Shown here: positions 38,274 to 47,143 of the stretch, one piece after another | Layout: the number at the start of each line of letters is the position of its first letter | Position numbering within the stretch: the stretch's first letter is position 1 | Virus record (IMG/VR): IMGVR_UViG_3300032323_002211 | Length of the DNA: 64,000 nt | Direction: 5' to 3' (one strand) | Source: an uncultured virus (IMG/VR IMGVR_UViG_3300032323_002211) | Taxonomy: Duplodnaviria > Heunggongvirae > Uroviricota > Caudoviricetes | Program-made: the position numbers and the translations under genes | The notes under the pieces: model-generated | Told to the model about the DNA's origin: nothing | Database searches by the model: none | What the model saw: only the letters and a program-made list of their open reading frames with translations

Positions 38274-38975
38274 TTAGTTAGTTTTTTTAGCTTTTACAAT
38301 AAGGTATATAGCTGTAATTGCTACTAGTACACCTGCACCAATAATGATGTAAGTGGTAGCACTAGTTTTCTTTGAAGGTGTACCCATGTTTGCTCTTAAC
38401 TCGTCTTGTTGAGCTTGTAAAGCTGCAGCTTGATTACTTATGTTATTGGCATCAGCTTGAGTCTTATTATTGATTTTATTTAAACCAATTTGAATACCCG
38501 CATTGATTGTATCTTGACTAGTAAGTGCTTTACCAATGTTTGCTAATAGTAAACCTACTCCTGTTTTACCTTGAGGATTCTCGGCTGTAACTCTTGATTG
38601 TCTTTTTGCAGCAGCAGCTTGTGCAGCAGCAGTCTTTTTAGCAGCTTTTTCAGCAGCAGTTGCATTGAAGAAATCTTCAGAACCTGTGAATTGGAAATCG
38701 TCAATTCCTGTAAATCCAAAATCCTGTGAGCTACCAACAAAAGACAAATTTTCACCTGCCTCTTTAACTTTTCCCGTTAGGAAAGTAGCTAACTCATTTT
38801 TAAAGTTTGTACTTTTAGCTGAAGCCATTAAAACGGCAATAGTAACTTCTTTATCAGAAGGATTGTTACCGACTACAACTCCATTTCTTTTAAGTAATTT
38901 AACTAGACCATCTTTATCAGTAACGACTGCATACGATAATGCCTCTTCTGTTACTTGTAGTGCACTTACTGCCAT
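38274..38975 (-). CDS. C-anchored putative virion membrane protein
   Basis: Three tandem F[VT]G motifs, Ala-rich helix, C-terminal TM helix. Confidence 0.7.
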   Translation of the reverse strand: MAVSALQVTEEALSYAVVTDKDGLVKLLKRNGVVVGNNPSDKEVTIAVLMASAKSTNFKNELATFLTGKVKEAGENLSFVGSSQDFGFTGIDDFQFTGSEDFFNATAAEKAAKKTAAAQAAAAKRQSRVTAENPQGKTGVGLLLANIGKALTSQDTINAGIQIGLNKINNKTQADANNISNQAAALQAQQDELRANMGTPSKKTSATTYIIIGAGVLVAITAIYLIVKAKKTN

Positions 38976-38986
38976 TTTATTTTATT

Positions 38987-39139
38987 TTAATTTTTTTTAT
39001 TCATATAGTATGCGAAGGCATATATACCTAAAGTTATACCAATAACCCAAGCCCATTTTTGTTTTTTACTCATGCGTACACCTAGTAAGCCTTCTACTTC
39101 ACTTACAGGGTTGGTTTGGTCGTTTTCTGCTGCTACCAT
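38987..39139 (-). CDS. Small membrane protein (50 aa)
   Basis: Read manually: MVAAENDQ...KWAWVIGITLGIYAFAYYMNKKN. Confidence 0.6.
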   Translation of the reverse strand: MVAAENDQTNPVSEVEGLLGVRMSKKQKWAWVIGITLGIYAFAYYMNKKN

Positions 39140-39144
39140 TTTAA

Positions 39145-39576
39145 TTATTTTTTAGTTGTTATGATTGCGAAAGCAATTAACACCGCTCCTGCAAACATTA
39201 ACATACCTGTTTCCGAAGTTAATTTTTTATTGTCAGCAACTTGTTGTGCTGCTTGAGCTTGAAGCTGACCTGAGAAATTCATGTAAGATTCAAGAATATT
39301 TTTATTTGGATTTGAAGCAGTACAAGTACAGCCTTCAGGCTTTCTACCATACTTCTTCTCGAAGTAGTCCATGAACAATTCTTTGTCAGGGTTATTTTCG
39401 ATAATTTCCATTAATACAGGTTCACCCTCGTAGGACACGAGTTGCTGTAAAACCGAAGAAAGAGGTTGGTCTTTGTCAAATTCGTAGCCATGTCTATGTG
39501 CCAACGATTTCACGAAATACGGATTCGCTGCAGCGGTGTATGCGTATATATTTACATTACTCGACATGATATGCAA
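39145..39576 (-). CDS. C-anchored membrane protein
   Basis: C-terminal TM helix plus KK. Confidence 0.7.
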   Translation of the reverse strand: MHIMSSNVNIYAYTAAANPYFVKSLAHRHGYEFDKDQPLSSVLQQLVSYEGEPVLMEIIENNPDKELFMDYFEKKYGRKPEGCTCTASNPNKNILESYMNFSGQLQAQAAQQVADNKKLTSETGMLMFAGAVLIAFAIITTKK

Positions 39577-39593
39577 TTTAGTGAATTAAAAGT

Positions 39594-39641
39594 AAAAAAG
39601 GGCGAAGCTGATATAAAATCTGCTTCAGCCCTTTCTTTTTT
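39594..39641. terminator. Rho-independent terminator after the capsid candidate
   Basis: AAAAAAGGGCGAAGC...GCTTCAGCCCTTTCTTTTT imperfect hairpin with tracts on both sides. Confidence 0.65.
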
Positions 39642-39658
39642 ATTTTGTACCGCTAGAA

Positions 39659-40357
39659 TTAACGAGCAGCAGGTCTGATAATCTTTGGACTACCATATTG
39701 CTTAGATACAGGGTTTCCACCTAAACCACGAGCAATATTGATGTTATCAGAAGGGTAGAATTGGAACTGAACACTTGAACTTGCGAACATAGTGAAAGTC
39801 AATTTAGTGAAGCCATCGATACGGAAAGGTTGTTTCAATTCGATAACACCACTTTGGTTCTGATATGGGTCAATTACAGGTGTCAAGATTTTAACAGCTT
39901 GGTTACCGTTAGCGTCTTGAGTAGTTAAAGTAATTGGTTGTAACACTTGACTTGTTGTACCATTTACAGAAGAAATCAAAGTAGAACCGATTGTGAAAGG
40001 GCTTACACTTGATTGGTTAAGTAAGTTGTAATAAGTTGTGTTAGAAAGGTTAGACGTAATGGTTACGTTGTTTACAGTTAAAGAACCTGCAGAGAAACCT
40101 GCATTGTTCAAGTAAACGTATGCACCAAATACATCTACAGAAACTGCAGCGTTTGAAGCGTTAGAAACTGTGATGATGTAAGGTTGAGACTTCATCATAC
40201 CTGCTGCTGCCATTGGAGCTGCTGCAGGTGCTGCATCAGCACCGAAGAAATCGTCTGCACCTGTAAAATAGGTTTCGTCTGCGAAACCATCTACACCAAT
40301 AAACTGCTCGTTTACAGAGCGGTTAGCTTGTTGTAAGTACTTTTGAATACTAGACAT
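39659..40357 (-). CDS. Candidate major capsid protein (beta-rich, possibly jelly-roll)
   Basis: Acidic leader, Ala/Pro linker, then about 175 aa of beta-strand pattern. Own promoter-like box and terminator, frequent TTC/AAC/ATC/CGT codons, near the packaging-type ATPase. Fold is inferred. Confidence 0.5.
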   Translation of the reverse strand: MSSIQKYLQQANRSVNEQFIGVDGFADETYFTGADDFFGADAAPAAAPMAAAGMMKSQPYIITVSNASNAAVSVDVFGAYVYLNNAGFSAGSLTVNNVTITSNLSNTTYYNLLNQSSVSPFTIGSTLISSVNGTTSQVLQPITLTTQDANGNQAVKILTPVIDPYQNQSGVIELKQPFRIDGFTKLTFTMFASSSVQFQFYPSDNINIARGLGGNPVSKQYGSPKIIRPAAR

Positions 40358-40414
40358 TGTTAATTAATTTATTTTTTTTAAAAATTTGATTTGTTGTAGT
40401 TAGTTCCTTATGAA

Positions 40415-40522
40415 TTAAGCACCAATCTTAGCTTTGTCAAGCAACGGCTTAACTGCTAACATATAAAGGGCTACACCCGCTGTTACTACTAAAACTTTAC
40501 CTGCAAGAGATTTGAAGTCCAT
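40415..40522 (-). CDS. Small membrane peptide (35 aa) upstream of the capsid candidate
   Basis: Read manually: MDFKSLAGKVLVVTAGVALYMLAVKPLLDKAKIGA. Confidence 0.7.
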   Translation of the reverse strand: MDFKSLAGKVLVVTAGVALYMLAVKPLLDKAKIGA

Positions 40523-40587
40523 TTTTTTCTAATTTAAGTTTTTAAGAATGATTGTGTATCAAGTGAATACAGATTCAAATGACATAC

Positions 40588-40595
40588 CAAACCTA
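40588..40595 (-). promoter_or_regulatory. Putative -7 box (TAGGTTTG) for the capsid operon
   Basis: Matches TAnnTTTG in an intergenic gap; no clear -33 box. Confidence 0.4.
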
Positions 40596-40699
40596 TGTAC
40601 TTAATTTTAATTGATAATTAAATCTAATTACTTTGTTTACTACAATCCTTAGTAGCAAAATGCTATTATTTGATACTTTATATTACATTTATTTGTAGC

Positions 40700-40734
40700 A
40701 AAAAAAATCCCCAATAGAATTAACTAAAGGGGAT
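40700..40734 (-). terminator. Terminator after the ATPase gene
   Basis: ATCCCC...GGGGAT hairpin with an adjacent A8 run. Confidence 0.55.
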
Positions 40735-40758
40735 AAACAAAAAAAATCAACACAGAAA

Positions 40759-41580
40759 CTATCCTATATACTGAGCAAGTAGTCTTCTTTTGACTTCTGC
40801 TCTAGCAGTAATATCAGTATATTTTTTCTTATTCTTTTCGTCTTTAAGCACCATATAAGGATTTGTAAGTGCTCTATAGTTTTCGCTGATATATTGGTCT
40901 ACAGCATCTTCAATCATTTCTTGGCTATAGTTACCTCTAATGTTTGATTCGTCCATATCTACATAGCAGTAAAACCTTTTATTACCTGAATCGTATTGGT
41001 TGTTTACCATAATTTCGGCAATACGCATATACTCAAACTTATCAGGGAATTTATTTTTATGTCTTTCTACTGATTCCACATTCTTATGAAATCTTAATTG
41101 GTTCAAATTACCCCAAAGTTTTGTTACAATACGACCAATAGACTGATAAGATAAAATGATGTCCAAACCAACGTGACGATTGGTAGCAATAGCACCCACT
41201 AAATCAGAAGGCATATGGTCACCTATAAATTTAGAAGGGTCTTCAATTACCAAAAGTCCATTTTTAAAAGTGCTTAAAACATAGAACAGAGCCTGAGCCC
41301 ATTCGTCTAGCGTCATTCTAGTTCCATTTGGGTGAAAAGGTCTAATTCTCCTGACTTCTACATGAGGGTGAACAGTAAAAAGACCTACGTCATTAAGTGA
41401 CAAAGCTCTGATTCCAAATACTCCGTATTCGTCATTTACGTCCATTACAAGAGCCTTACGTCCTTTGATGCCATGATAAGGGTCTCCTTCAACATATTTG
41501 TTTATGGTAATCATGTGAGCCCAAGTCTTTCCCACACCTTTTTTCCCAACTGCTGCCATCAATAAAGGTTCTCTTCCCAT
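40759..41580 (-). CDS. FtsK/HerA-superfamily (A32/P9-like) ATPase, candidate genome-packaging motor
   Basis: Walker A GKKGVGKT, Walker B LLVIED, NRHVGLDIILSYQ (RH...Q signature). Confidence 0.75.
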   Translation of the reverse strand: MGREPLLMAAVGKKGVGKTWAHMITINKYVEGDPYHGIKGRKALVMDVNDEYGVFGIRALSLNDVGLFTVHPHVEVRRIRPFHPNGTRMTLDEWAQALFYVLSTFKNGLLVIEDPSKFIGDHMPSDLVGAIATNRHVGLDIILSYQSIGRIVTKLWGNLNQLRFHKNVESVERHKNKFPDKFEYMRIAEIMVNNQYDSGNKRFYCYVDMDESNIRGNYSQEMIEDAVDQYISENYRALTNPYMVLKDEKNKKKYTDITARAEVKRRLLAQYIG

Positions 41581-41582
41581 TT

Positions 41583-41870
41583 CTAAATTTTTGTTTCTTT
41601 TAAAGCCATTTCGATTCTATACGAATCGTAGACTTTTGAAAATGATATTCTTCTAATTGTAGTATCACACATAGCAAAATCATACTCAATCTTCATAAAG
41701 TTTTCTTTCTTTATAAAAATTGGAATGACTTTACAATCCTCTACGCAAATAATAAAATCGTCATCGTTTTCAACAGGAAAATATATTTTTTCTGCCTCTT
41801 TATCAAAGACACGAATAATACTCATTATTCTCTGCTTAAACTCAATCCACTCAGGGCTTTTAATTTTCAT
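41583..41870 (-). CDS. Hypothetical protein
   Basis: 95-aa ORF, tightly packed. Confidence 0.6.
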   Translation of the reverse strand: MKIKSPEWIEFKQRIMSIIRVFDKEAEKIYFPVENDDDFIICVEDCKVIPIFIKKENFMKIEYDFAMCDTTIRRISFSKVYDSYRIEMALKETKI

Positions 41871-41871
41871 T

Positions 41872-42993
41872 TTAATCTAGTCCTTGCATTTGTGGATTTG
41901 GTTTCTCTTTCCCTTCTCTGTCTGTCTCTCTCAAAATTATTGCTTCAGCTATTTCGCTTTCGTCTATGTTGCTGATATAATCTTTTGGCTTACGACCTCT
42001 TTTACCATTTGTCTTTCTGCTTTTCATAGCCTCTTGGTATGAGCTTGTTCCACCATTTGCTTTAGCTGCGTTTTCACTCCAAATCTTTTCTTTTTGTCTT
42101 TGTTCCATGAGCTTTGCCTTTCCCGTTGTAGGAACTTTTTGCTCTTGAACAATAGAGTTTACTACCGCCTCATTTGAATTAAAATTATCAAAGTCTTCAG
42201 TAGGCTCGTATGTAGGTGTAGGAGTTGGTGTAGGCTTTGGAGCAGATGGTTTTGGTGTTGGTACAACTCCGCTTGATTTAATAGCTGCAGTATTTTCTAC
42301 TAAAGCATTAATCAAATCATTAGCAGTTGATTTCATTTGATAAATCAAAACACTCTTAACTGCAATATCCTTACCAAAAGCAAATAGTACATACTGCTCA
42401 TCAGTCATACCCGCACCTCTTTTTTCTAGTATTCTTACTAGTGGAGGCTTTACGTCTTTTTTGAACTCTTTAGAAACAACTAAAGTGTCTTTTGTTTGAT
42501 TGTTAAACTCTTCAATAAATTCACCTGCAGAAATAGTAGAACCATCGGCTGTAGGAACTTGAATAGATAAATCTAATTCACCTTCAGCTTGAAGTTTTTT
42601 AATTCTTTTTTCAGGAATTTTCAGGAACATATTTCCCCATGAGTTGATTTGCTCATAGGTATCTAATATGATTGTAGCTAAGTGTTCTGCACCTGCTTTC
42701 TTTTCTGCATCAGTTGCTTGATTCATAGCAGGGTTTACAGGAGCTGATTCGTTTCTACGATTACCTCCACCGCCACCATCACCACCTAACATATCGTATG
42801 GGTTATCTCTAGTATTGATTGACTGAGGTTGAAAAGAAGGCTCAGGAATAATAGTAGATAATTGGTCTTGAGAAACAAAACCTGTAGGCTGACTATATGG
42901 TTTATCATTTACGTTGTCGCTAAAGGGCATAAACTCCCTTTTTGGCTCTGTAAAGGTTTGCTGATTTTGTTGCTGTTCAGTCTGATTTTCCAT
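41872..42993 (-). CDS. Hypothetical protein with low-complexity linkers
   Basis: 373 aa; poly-Gly and PTPTP segments. Confidence 0.7.
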   Translation of the reverse strand: MENQTEQQQNQQTFTEPKREFMPFSDNVNDKPYSQPTGFVSQDQLSTIIPEPSFQPQSINTRDNPYDMLGGDGGGGGNRRNESAPVNPAMNQATDAEKKAGAEHLATIILDTYEQINSWGNMFLKIPEKRIKKLQAEGELDLSIQVPTADGSTISAGEFIEEFNNQTKDTLVVSKEFKKDVKPPLVRILEKRGAGMTDEQYVLFAFGKDIAVKSVLIYQMKSTANDLINALVENTAAIKSSGVVPTPKPSAPKPTPTPTPTYEPTEDFDNFNSNEAVVNSIVQEQKVPTTGKAKLMEQRQKEKIWSENAAKANGGTSSYQEAMKSRKTNGKRGRKPKDYISNIDESEIAEAIILRETDREGKEKPNPQMQGLD

Positions 42994-42998
42994 GATGG

Positions 42999-43418
42999 TT
43001 ATTTGTTTAATAGTATTTTATCTAGTTTGTCTTTTATTTTTAAGTATGGTATATCCGATTTGTATTTAGGGTTCAAAGACTCAATCAGGATTTTGTATTT
43101 ACTGATATTGGTCTTATGCCTAGATGTAAACACATTATCACTAATGTCTCGTATAGTCATGCTTTTGTAAAGATAGTAAACGCAAAAACCCACCGCAAAC
43201 TTGTTATCCCCTCTAGCATATTTAGCATACAGTAAAGATTCTACATCCATGCTGAATGCTTGTGAAACTGAGTTTAATACCAAATTTATGTATGGGTCAT
43301 CAAAAGAGGTTACTTGACCATCTTCTATTGTGAGAGCAGCCATTGTTTTGTCATATCCATTTTTCTTAAAATAATTGACAAAAGTCTCTAAGGCTATAAA
43401 TGTATTATCAAGATTCAT
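42999..43418 (-). CDS. Putative DNA-binding protein (DnaA C-terminal HTH-like)
   Basis: VSQAFSMDVESLL...YYLY...TIRDISDNVF..RHKTNI resembles the DnaA domain IV pattern. Confidence 0.4.
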   Translation of the reverse strand: MNLDNTFIALETFVNYFKKNGYDKTMAALTIEDGQVTSFDDPYINLVLNSVSQAFSMDVESLLYAKYARGDNKFAVGFCVYYLYKSMTIRDISDNVFTSRHKTNISKYKILIESLNPKYKSDIPYLKIKDKLDKILLNK

Positions 43419-43435
43419 GGTTATTTTTTATTGAA

Positions 43436-43467
43436 CAAATGTATTTATTTTATCTCGAATTTACCAA
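43436..43467 (-). promoter_or_regulatory. Putative Bacteroidota-type promoter
   Basis: Minus strand TTG-N21-TACATTTG. Confidence 0.5.
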
Positions 43468-43883
43468 CCTGAAATTATATTTTTTAATTTACCGCCATTT
43501 TGTTTAAACCACTCTTTGCCTATCACTCTTAGCTTTACGTCAGGGTGGTATTTAGCCATCCTTTTATACTTAGTCCTATCTTGAGAAGTCTCATACCCTT
43601 TAACCTCAAAAAACTCTTTGTTTCCGCTTGGGAAAACTGCTGAAAAATCAGGTTTGTAGCTGACCACTCCTCTCTTTATTCCTTTAAACCAAAAGGTTTC
43701 AGGCTCATATTCATAGTCTGCTATGTGACCATGCTTTTTCATAAATGAAAGGTAGAGGCAATATCTTCTTTCCCAATTAGACTTCAGATACATTCTTTTA
43801 CCGTCTATTTCAAGCCATCCCTTCCAAACAGACCTTTGTGTAATCGGCTTACCACCCGTTGTGAATTTTATTGTTTCTGTCAT
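43461..43883 (-). CDS. PD-(D/E)XK endonuclease (DUF1064 / resolvase-like)
   Basis: KSNWE, YEYEP, YKPDF, FEVKGY. Confidence 0.75.
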   Translation of the reverse strand: MTETIKFTTGGKPITQRSVWKGWLEIDGKRMYLKSNWERRYCLYLSFMKKHGHIADYEYEPETFWFKGIKRGVVSYKPDFSAVFPSGNKEFFEVKGYETSQDRTKYKRMAKYHPDVKLRVIGKEWFKQNGGKLKNIISGW

Positions 43884-44524
43884 TATAGTCCGTATCTAGC
43901 TTTGAAATCTCTGTCTTTTATAATTGTTTCAACACAATAAAGTGAGAAATCATTATCTGAAGGATAGTGAAGACCCAAATAAATTCTTGAGTATTCAATG
44001 TCCTTAGCCAAAGAATCAAAATAGCCAAACTTCTCAGGGAAGTGATTGCCTAAAACATGGCAAATCAGAGCTGCCTGAAATGTATGACCTGCAGGATATG
44101 ATGGTGTTTCAGCCGAAACTGAGCTAAAAGGGAATAGTTTTAATTTGTAGTGCTGTGCTAACTGATAAGGTCTTGGACGCTGAAAATGGTACTTTAATTT
44201 AAGTATCACAGGCAGACTTTCGTCAATCAATTTATCAACTAGTTCTGCTCCCTTATCACCAAGTTCCTGATTGATAATAACACTAGCAAAGATTCTTTCA
44301 ATAGAAGGGTCGTATGACCTATATCTTTTAAGAGCTTCTTCATCGGCTTTTACATCACCGATAAAATCTACTAATTCGTTTAATTCCTCTCTAGTAGCTT
44401 TTGAGCTATTTAAAGGGAAACCAAACTTTATTAATTGAGGCAAATGTTTATCTAAAGGGCTTTCAACCTCTAAATAAGGTAATTGCCTTTGCGTTGGATT
44501 GCCGTATGTTATAGAATCAAGCAT
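43883..44524 (-). CDS. PAP2 / vanadium-haloperoxidase superfamily phosphatase
   Basis: KYHFQRPRP, PSYPAGH, SRIYLGLHYPSD. Confidence 0.85.
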   Translation of the reverse strand: MLDSITYGNPTQRQLPYLEVESPLDKHLPQLIKFGFPLNSSKATREELNELVDFIGDVKADEEALKRYRSYDPSIERIFASVIINQELGDKGAELVDKLIDESLPVILKLKYHFQRPRPYQLAQHYKLKLFPFSSVSAETPSYPAGHTFQAALICHVLGNHFPEKFGYFDSLAKDIEYSRIYLGLHYPSDNDFSLYCVETIIKDRDFKARYGL

Positions 44525-44557
44525 AATTGTTTATGGTTATTTTGTGTTTTTATATTT

Positions 44558-44995
44558 TTATTTTTTTTCCCACCTGTTAGGTCTGTATACCGTCTGTATC
44601 GCTTGTAAACCATTTCCTCTTGATTCGGGAGCAGTAAATTTATAAACTCCAAATTGAGTAGTTAAAGTATCACCTAACGTTGGTTTACCACCTACTGAAT
44701 ACTTTTTCATGGCAGCACTTTCAAAGGCTAAAACCTCTTCTTTGCTATCCATCATACCACCATAAAGATTACTAAACACCCTATTTGATGGAATTAAAGA
44801 TGGCTCTTTACGAATTGGATTCTTACCTAAATCTACAACTACACTATTATTTACAGATGGTTTATTACCGACTTCAAGAGTTGTGGGTAATCCTTCAGTA
44901 ACCGCACCTTGACCTTTATTACCTCTCATCTTGTAGACATAAAATGCTACTGCACCTAAGCCTAAAGCAATTAGAATCTTTTGATTTGTTGTCAT
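44558..44995 (-). CDS. N-anchored membrane protein
   Basis: KILIALGLGAVAFYVYK. Confidence 0.65.
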   Translation of the reverse strand: MTTNQKILIALGLGAVAFYVYKMRGNKGQGAVTEGLPTTLEVGNKPSVNNSVVVDLGKNPIRKEPSLIPSNRVFSNLYGGMMDSKEEVLAFESAAMKKYSVGGKPTLGDTLTTQFGVYKFTAPESRGNGLQAIQTVYRPNRWEKK

Positions 44996-45211
44996 TTATT
45001 TTCTGTTTTTCAAGTAATTATTTCCGTTGTATAAAAGTGTAGAAAGTCCTAAAACGAATAAACCAACCCTTATTGGATTGGATAAACTCTTTTGACTAGC
45101 TACATAAAAACAAAAAGGTGAAACTACAAATACGTCTACAAGTCTTATCTGCTGAACAGATAAAAATGGACTATATGTTGTACTAGTTTCTTTTTTTGTC
45201 ATATTATCCAA
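44996..45211 (-). CDS. Small two-TM membrane protein
   Basis: QQIRLVDVFVVSPF...TLLYNGNNYL. Confidence 0.65.
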   Translation of the reverse strand: MDNMTKKETSTTYSPFLSVQQIRLVDVFVVSPFCFYVASQKSLSNPIRVGLFVLGLSTLLYNGNNYLKNRK

Positions 45212-45596
45212 GTCTCATAACGGGTCTTCTGCCTCTTGAGCCTGAAGCGTTTACTTCTGCTGTTTTCTTTGCAGCAAGAGCAGCACTTTCCAACTTACCG
45301 ATTCTTTCAATCACGTCATTGTAAGCACTCTTTTCCATAGCCATCATGAGCCTGAAATATTGAATAGCATAAATACCAACACCCACTATCAAAGCAGATA
45401 CTGACACCTCTACTACATTAATATCACCAAACCAAGCCTTGATACCGCCACCACTTGTTGTTTCACCGCCTTCTGCCATAGCAGGTGCAGGTGCTGCGGG
45501 TGGAGGTGCAGCCATCGGCATAGGAGCTGCTGCAGGTGCAGGAGCAGATGTGCTTACGGGTGCAGGAGGGGCACTATTTTCTATTGTTGTATTCAT
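45204..45596 (-). CDS. Membrane protein with Pro/Ala leader and a MAEGG motif
   Basis: APAPAMAEGGET, then TM helix and coiled coil. Confidence 0.7.
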   Translation of the reverse strand: MNTTIENSAPPAPVSTSAPAPAAAPMPMAAPPPAAPAPAMAEGGETTSGGGIKAWFGDINVVEVSVSALIVGVGIYAIQYFRLMMAMEKSAYNDVIERIGKLESAALAAKKTAEVNASGSRGRRPVMRLG

Positions 45597-45597
45597 T

Positions 45598-46176
45598 TTA
45601 ATCTTTTTTCTTTTTAGCTACTAAGTAAATGCCTAGTGCAACAAGTAATAACCACCAATAGCTCTTTTTCTTTTGTTCAGGTGCAGCATCTTCACTACCA
45701 CCACCACCACCACCGCCCATAGGTCTAATGCCTAGATTGGTTGAAGGTAAAATAGGGATAACGGGAACTACGGGAACTGCAGGAACTACAACGTTTGTAT
45801 CAGGTTTAGGAGCTGCTGTCGTAGTGCTAGTAGTCGTACTAGTCGTACTATCTTCAGGCTTGTTGCAATACCTTTGAAACATATCATAAGCAGCCATAGT
45901 TTCATTAGGAGTTGCAGCTCCACCACCATTTGTAGAAATGTAAGTTGCTAAATCAGCACAAAAGTTAGGAGAGCCAAGTTGAGGTAACTGCATACGAGAA
46001 CCTGCACCACCACCTAAACTATCTTTGGTAGTTTCATTTGGAGTTGATGGGTCACCTTCTAGACCCACAAATTCAGCCTTACCTGTATTCACATCATACG
46101 AATGATGTCTAGGCTTAACGAACTTATCCTCACCATCAAAAATGATGACTTTTTCCTTACCCTTATTCTTTGCCAT
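45598..46176 (-). CDS. C-anchored membrane protein with Thr tract
   Basis: STTSTTTSTTT; C-terminal WWLLLVALGIYLVAKKK. Confidence 0.7.
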   Translation of the reverse strand: MAKNKGKEKVIIFDGEDKFVKPRHHSYDVNTGKAEFVGLEGDPSTPNETTKDSLGGGAGSRMQLPQLGSPNFCADLATYISTNGGGAATPNETMAAYDMFQRYCNKPEDSTTSTTTSTTTAAPKPDTNVVVPAVPVVPVIPILPSTNLGIRPMGGGGGGGSEDAAPEQKKKSYWWLLLVALGIYLVAKKKKD

Positions 46177-46181
46177 AATGC

Positions 46182-46817
46182 TTATTTCGTTTTGTATTTT
46201 TTCCCTAAATGTGAAACTCTCATTTTTTCTTTTGTTTCTTCAGAAACCACCCTTAGCCTAAGAGAATCAGATATTTTTTTTCTATGTTCCTCTGAAAAAG
46301 TTATACCTTTTCTTGATAAACTAATGTTTAATCTGTGCTCTTCTGTAAAAGACTTTCTTTTTTTACCCTTAAAATGTAAACTTAATTTTAGCTTACGTTC
46401 TTCAGATAACTTAGTGCCTTTTAGTATATTAGTGCCTGATATTTTAGGCTTTCTCATCTTTTTTTTATCCTCTTCAGACCTCTTAACACCTTTATACATC
46501 GTAGAATAAAGTTGTTTTCTTTCTTCAGGGACTTTTAAGCCTAAAGTACCTTCACCGCCATCTGTCAAATTACAAAGAATATTTTTTGAGTTTTCTCTAT
46601 AAAATGAAATAAGATATTGCTCTATTTTACACGCTTCTTCCCAAACTAGGTCTCTGTGTGTAATTTCGGAAATAAAACCTACTTCATTGTATATTCTATT
46701 CCACAAATAGTTCCTTCTATACTTTTTTGTTTCGGTGGCTCTAGATTTGTTTTTTGCTATACCAACATAAAATACCTCTTTATTATCAGGTCTCTTATGT
46801 AAATATACTATTGCCAC
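46182..46817 (-). CDS. GIY-YIG homing endonuclease with NUMOD3 repeats
   Basis: IVYLH...FYVGI, NLTDGGEG, repeated SEEH/TRKKIS motifs. Confidence 0.8.
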   Translation of the reverse strand: MAIVYLHKRPDNKEVFYVGIAKNKSRATETKKYRRNYLWNRIYNEVGFISEITHRDLVWEEACKIEQYLISFYRENSKNILCNLTDGGEGTLGLKVPEERKQLYSTMYKGVKRSEEDKKKMRKPKISGTNILKGTKLSEERKLKLSLHFKGKKRKSFTEEHRLNISLSRKGITFSEEHRKKISDSLRLRVVSEETKEKMRVSHLGKKYKTK

Positions 46818-46823
46818 TGATTC

Positions 46824-46943
46824 TTACTTTAATTGGGCTGCTGCACGTTTTATAGCGTCAGTCCAACGTTCACCCTGCTTTCTAATTTTCTTAGCCAATT
46901 TAGCAATATCTGCTACATTGATTTTCTTTTTAGCTGTTGCCAT
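46824..46943 (-). CDS. Small basic protein (39 aa)
   Basis: Read manually: MATAKKKINVADIAKLAKKIRKQGERWTDAIKRAAAQLK. Confidence 0.65.
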   Translation of the reverse strand: MATAKKKINVADIAKLAKKIRKQGERWTDAIKRAAAQLK

Positions 46944-46961
46944 TTTTATATTTTTTAGTGA

Positions 46962-47069
46962 TTATTGACCACTTTTCCAAGCAGAACTGATTACTCTTAC
47001 GGTTACATAAAGTACCAATAAACTTAAACCAACTCCTACTGCTGTAGATACTAAACTTTTCTTTTCCAT
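46962..47069 (-). CDS. Small membrane peptide (35 aa)
   Basis: Read manually: MEKKSLVSTAVGVGLSLLVLYVTVRVISSAWKSGQ; paralog of 37768-37869. Confidence 0.7.
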   Translation of the reverse strand: MEKKSLVSTAVGVGLSLLVLYVTVRVISSAWKSGQ

Positions 47070-47143
47070 GATATTTATTTTTTAGATTTGAAAATAAGTT
47101 GTATAAAATTAGCAATTATTTCTAATTACCACTATTTTTTTTA

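Noticed and set aside
46930..47115. 61-aa ORF from the track
   Set aside because: Overlaps two better-supported small ORFs, one of which has a paralog elsewhere in the window.
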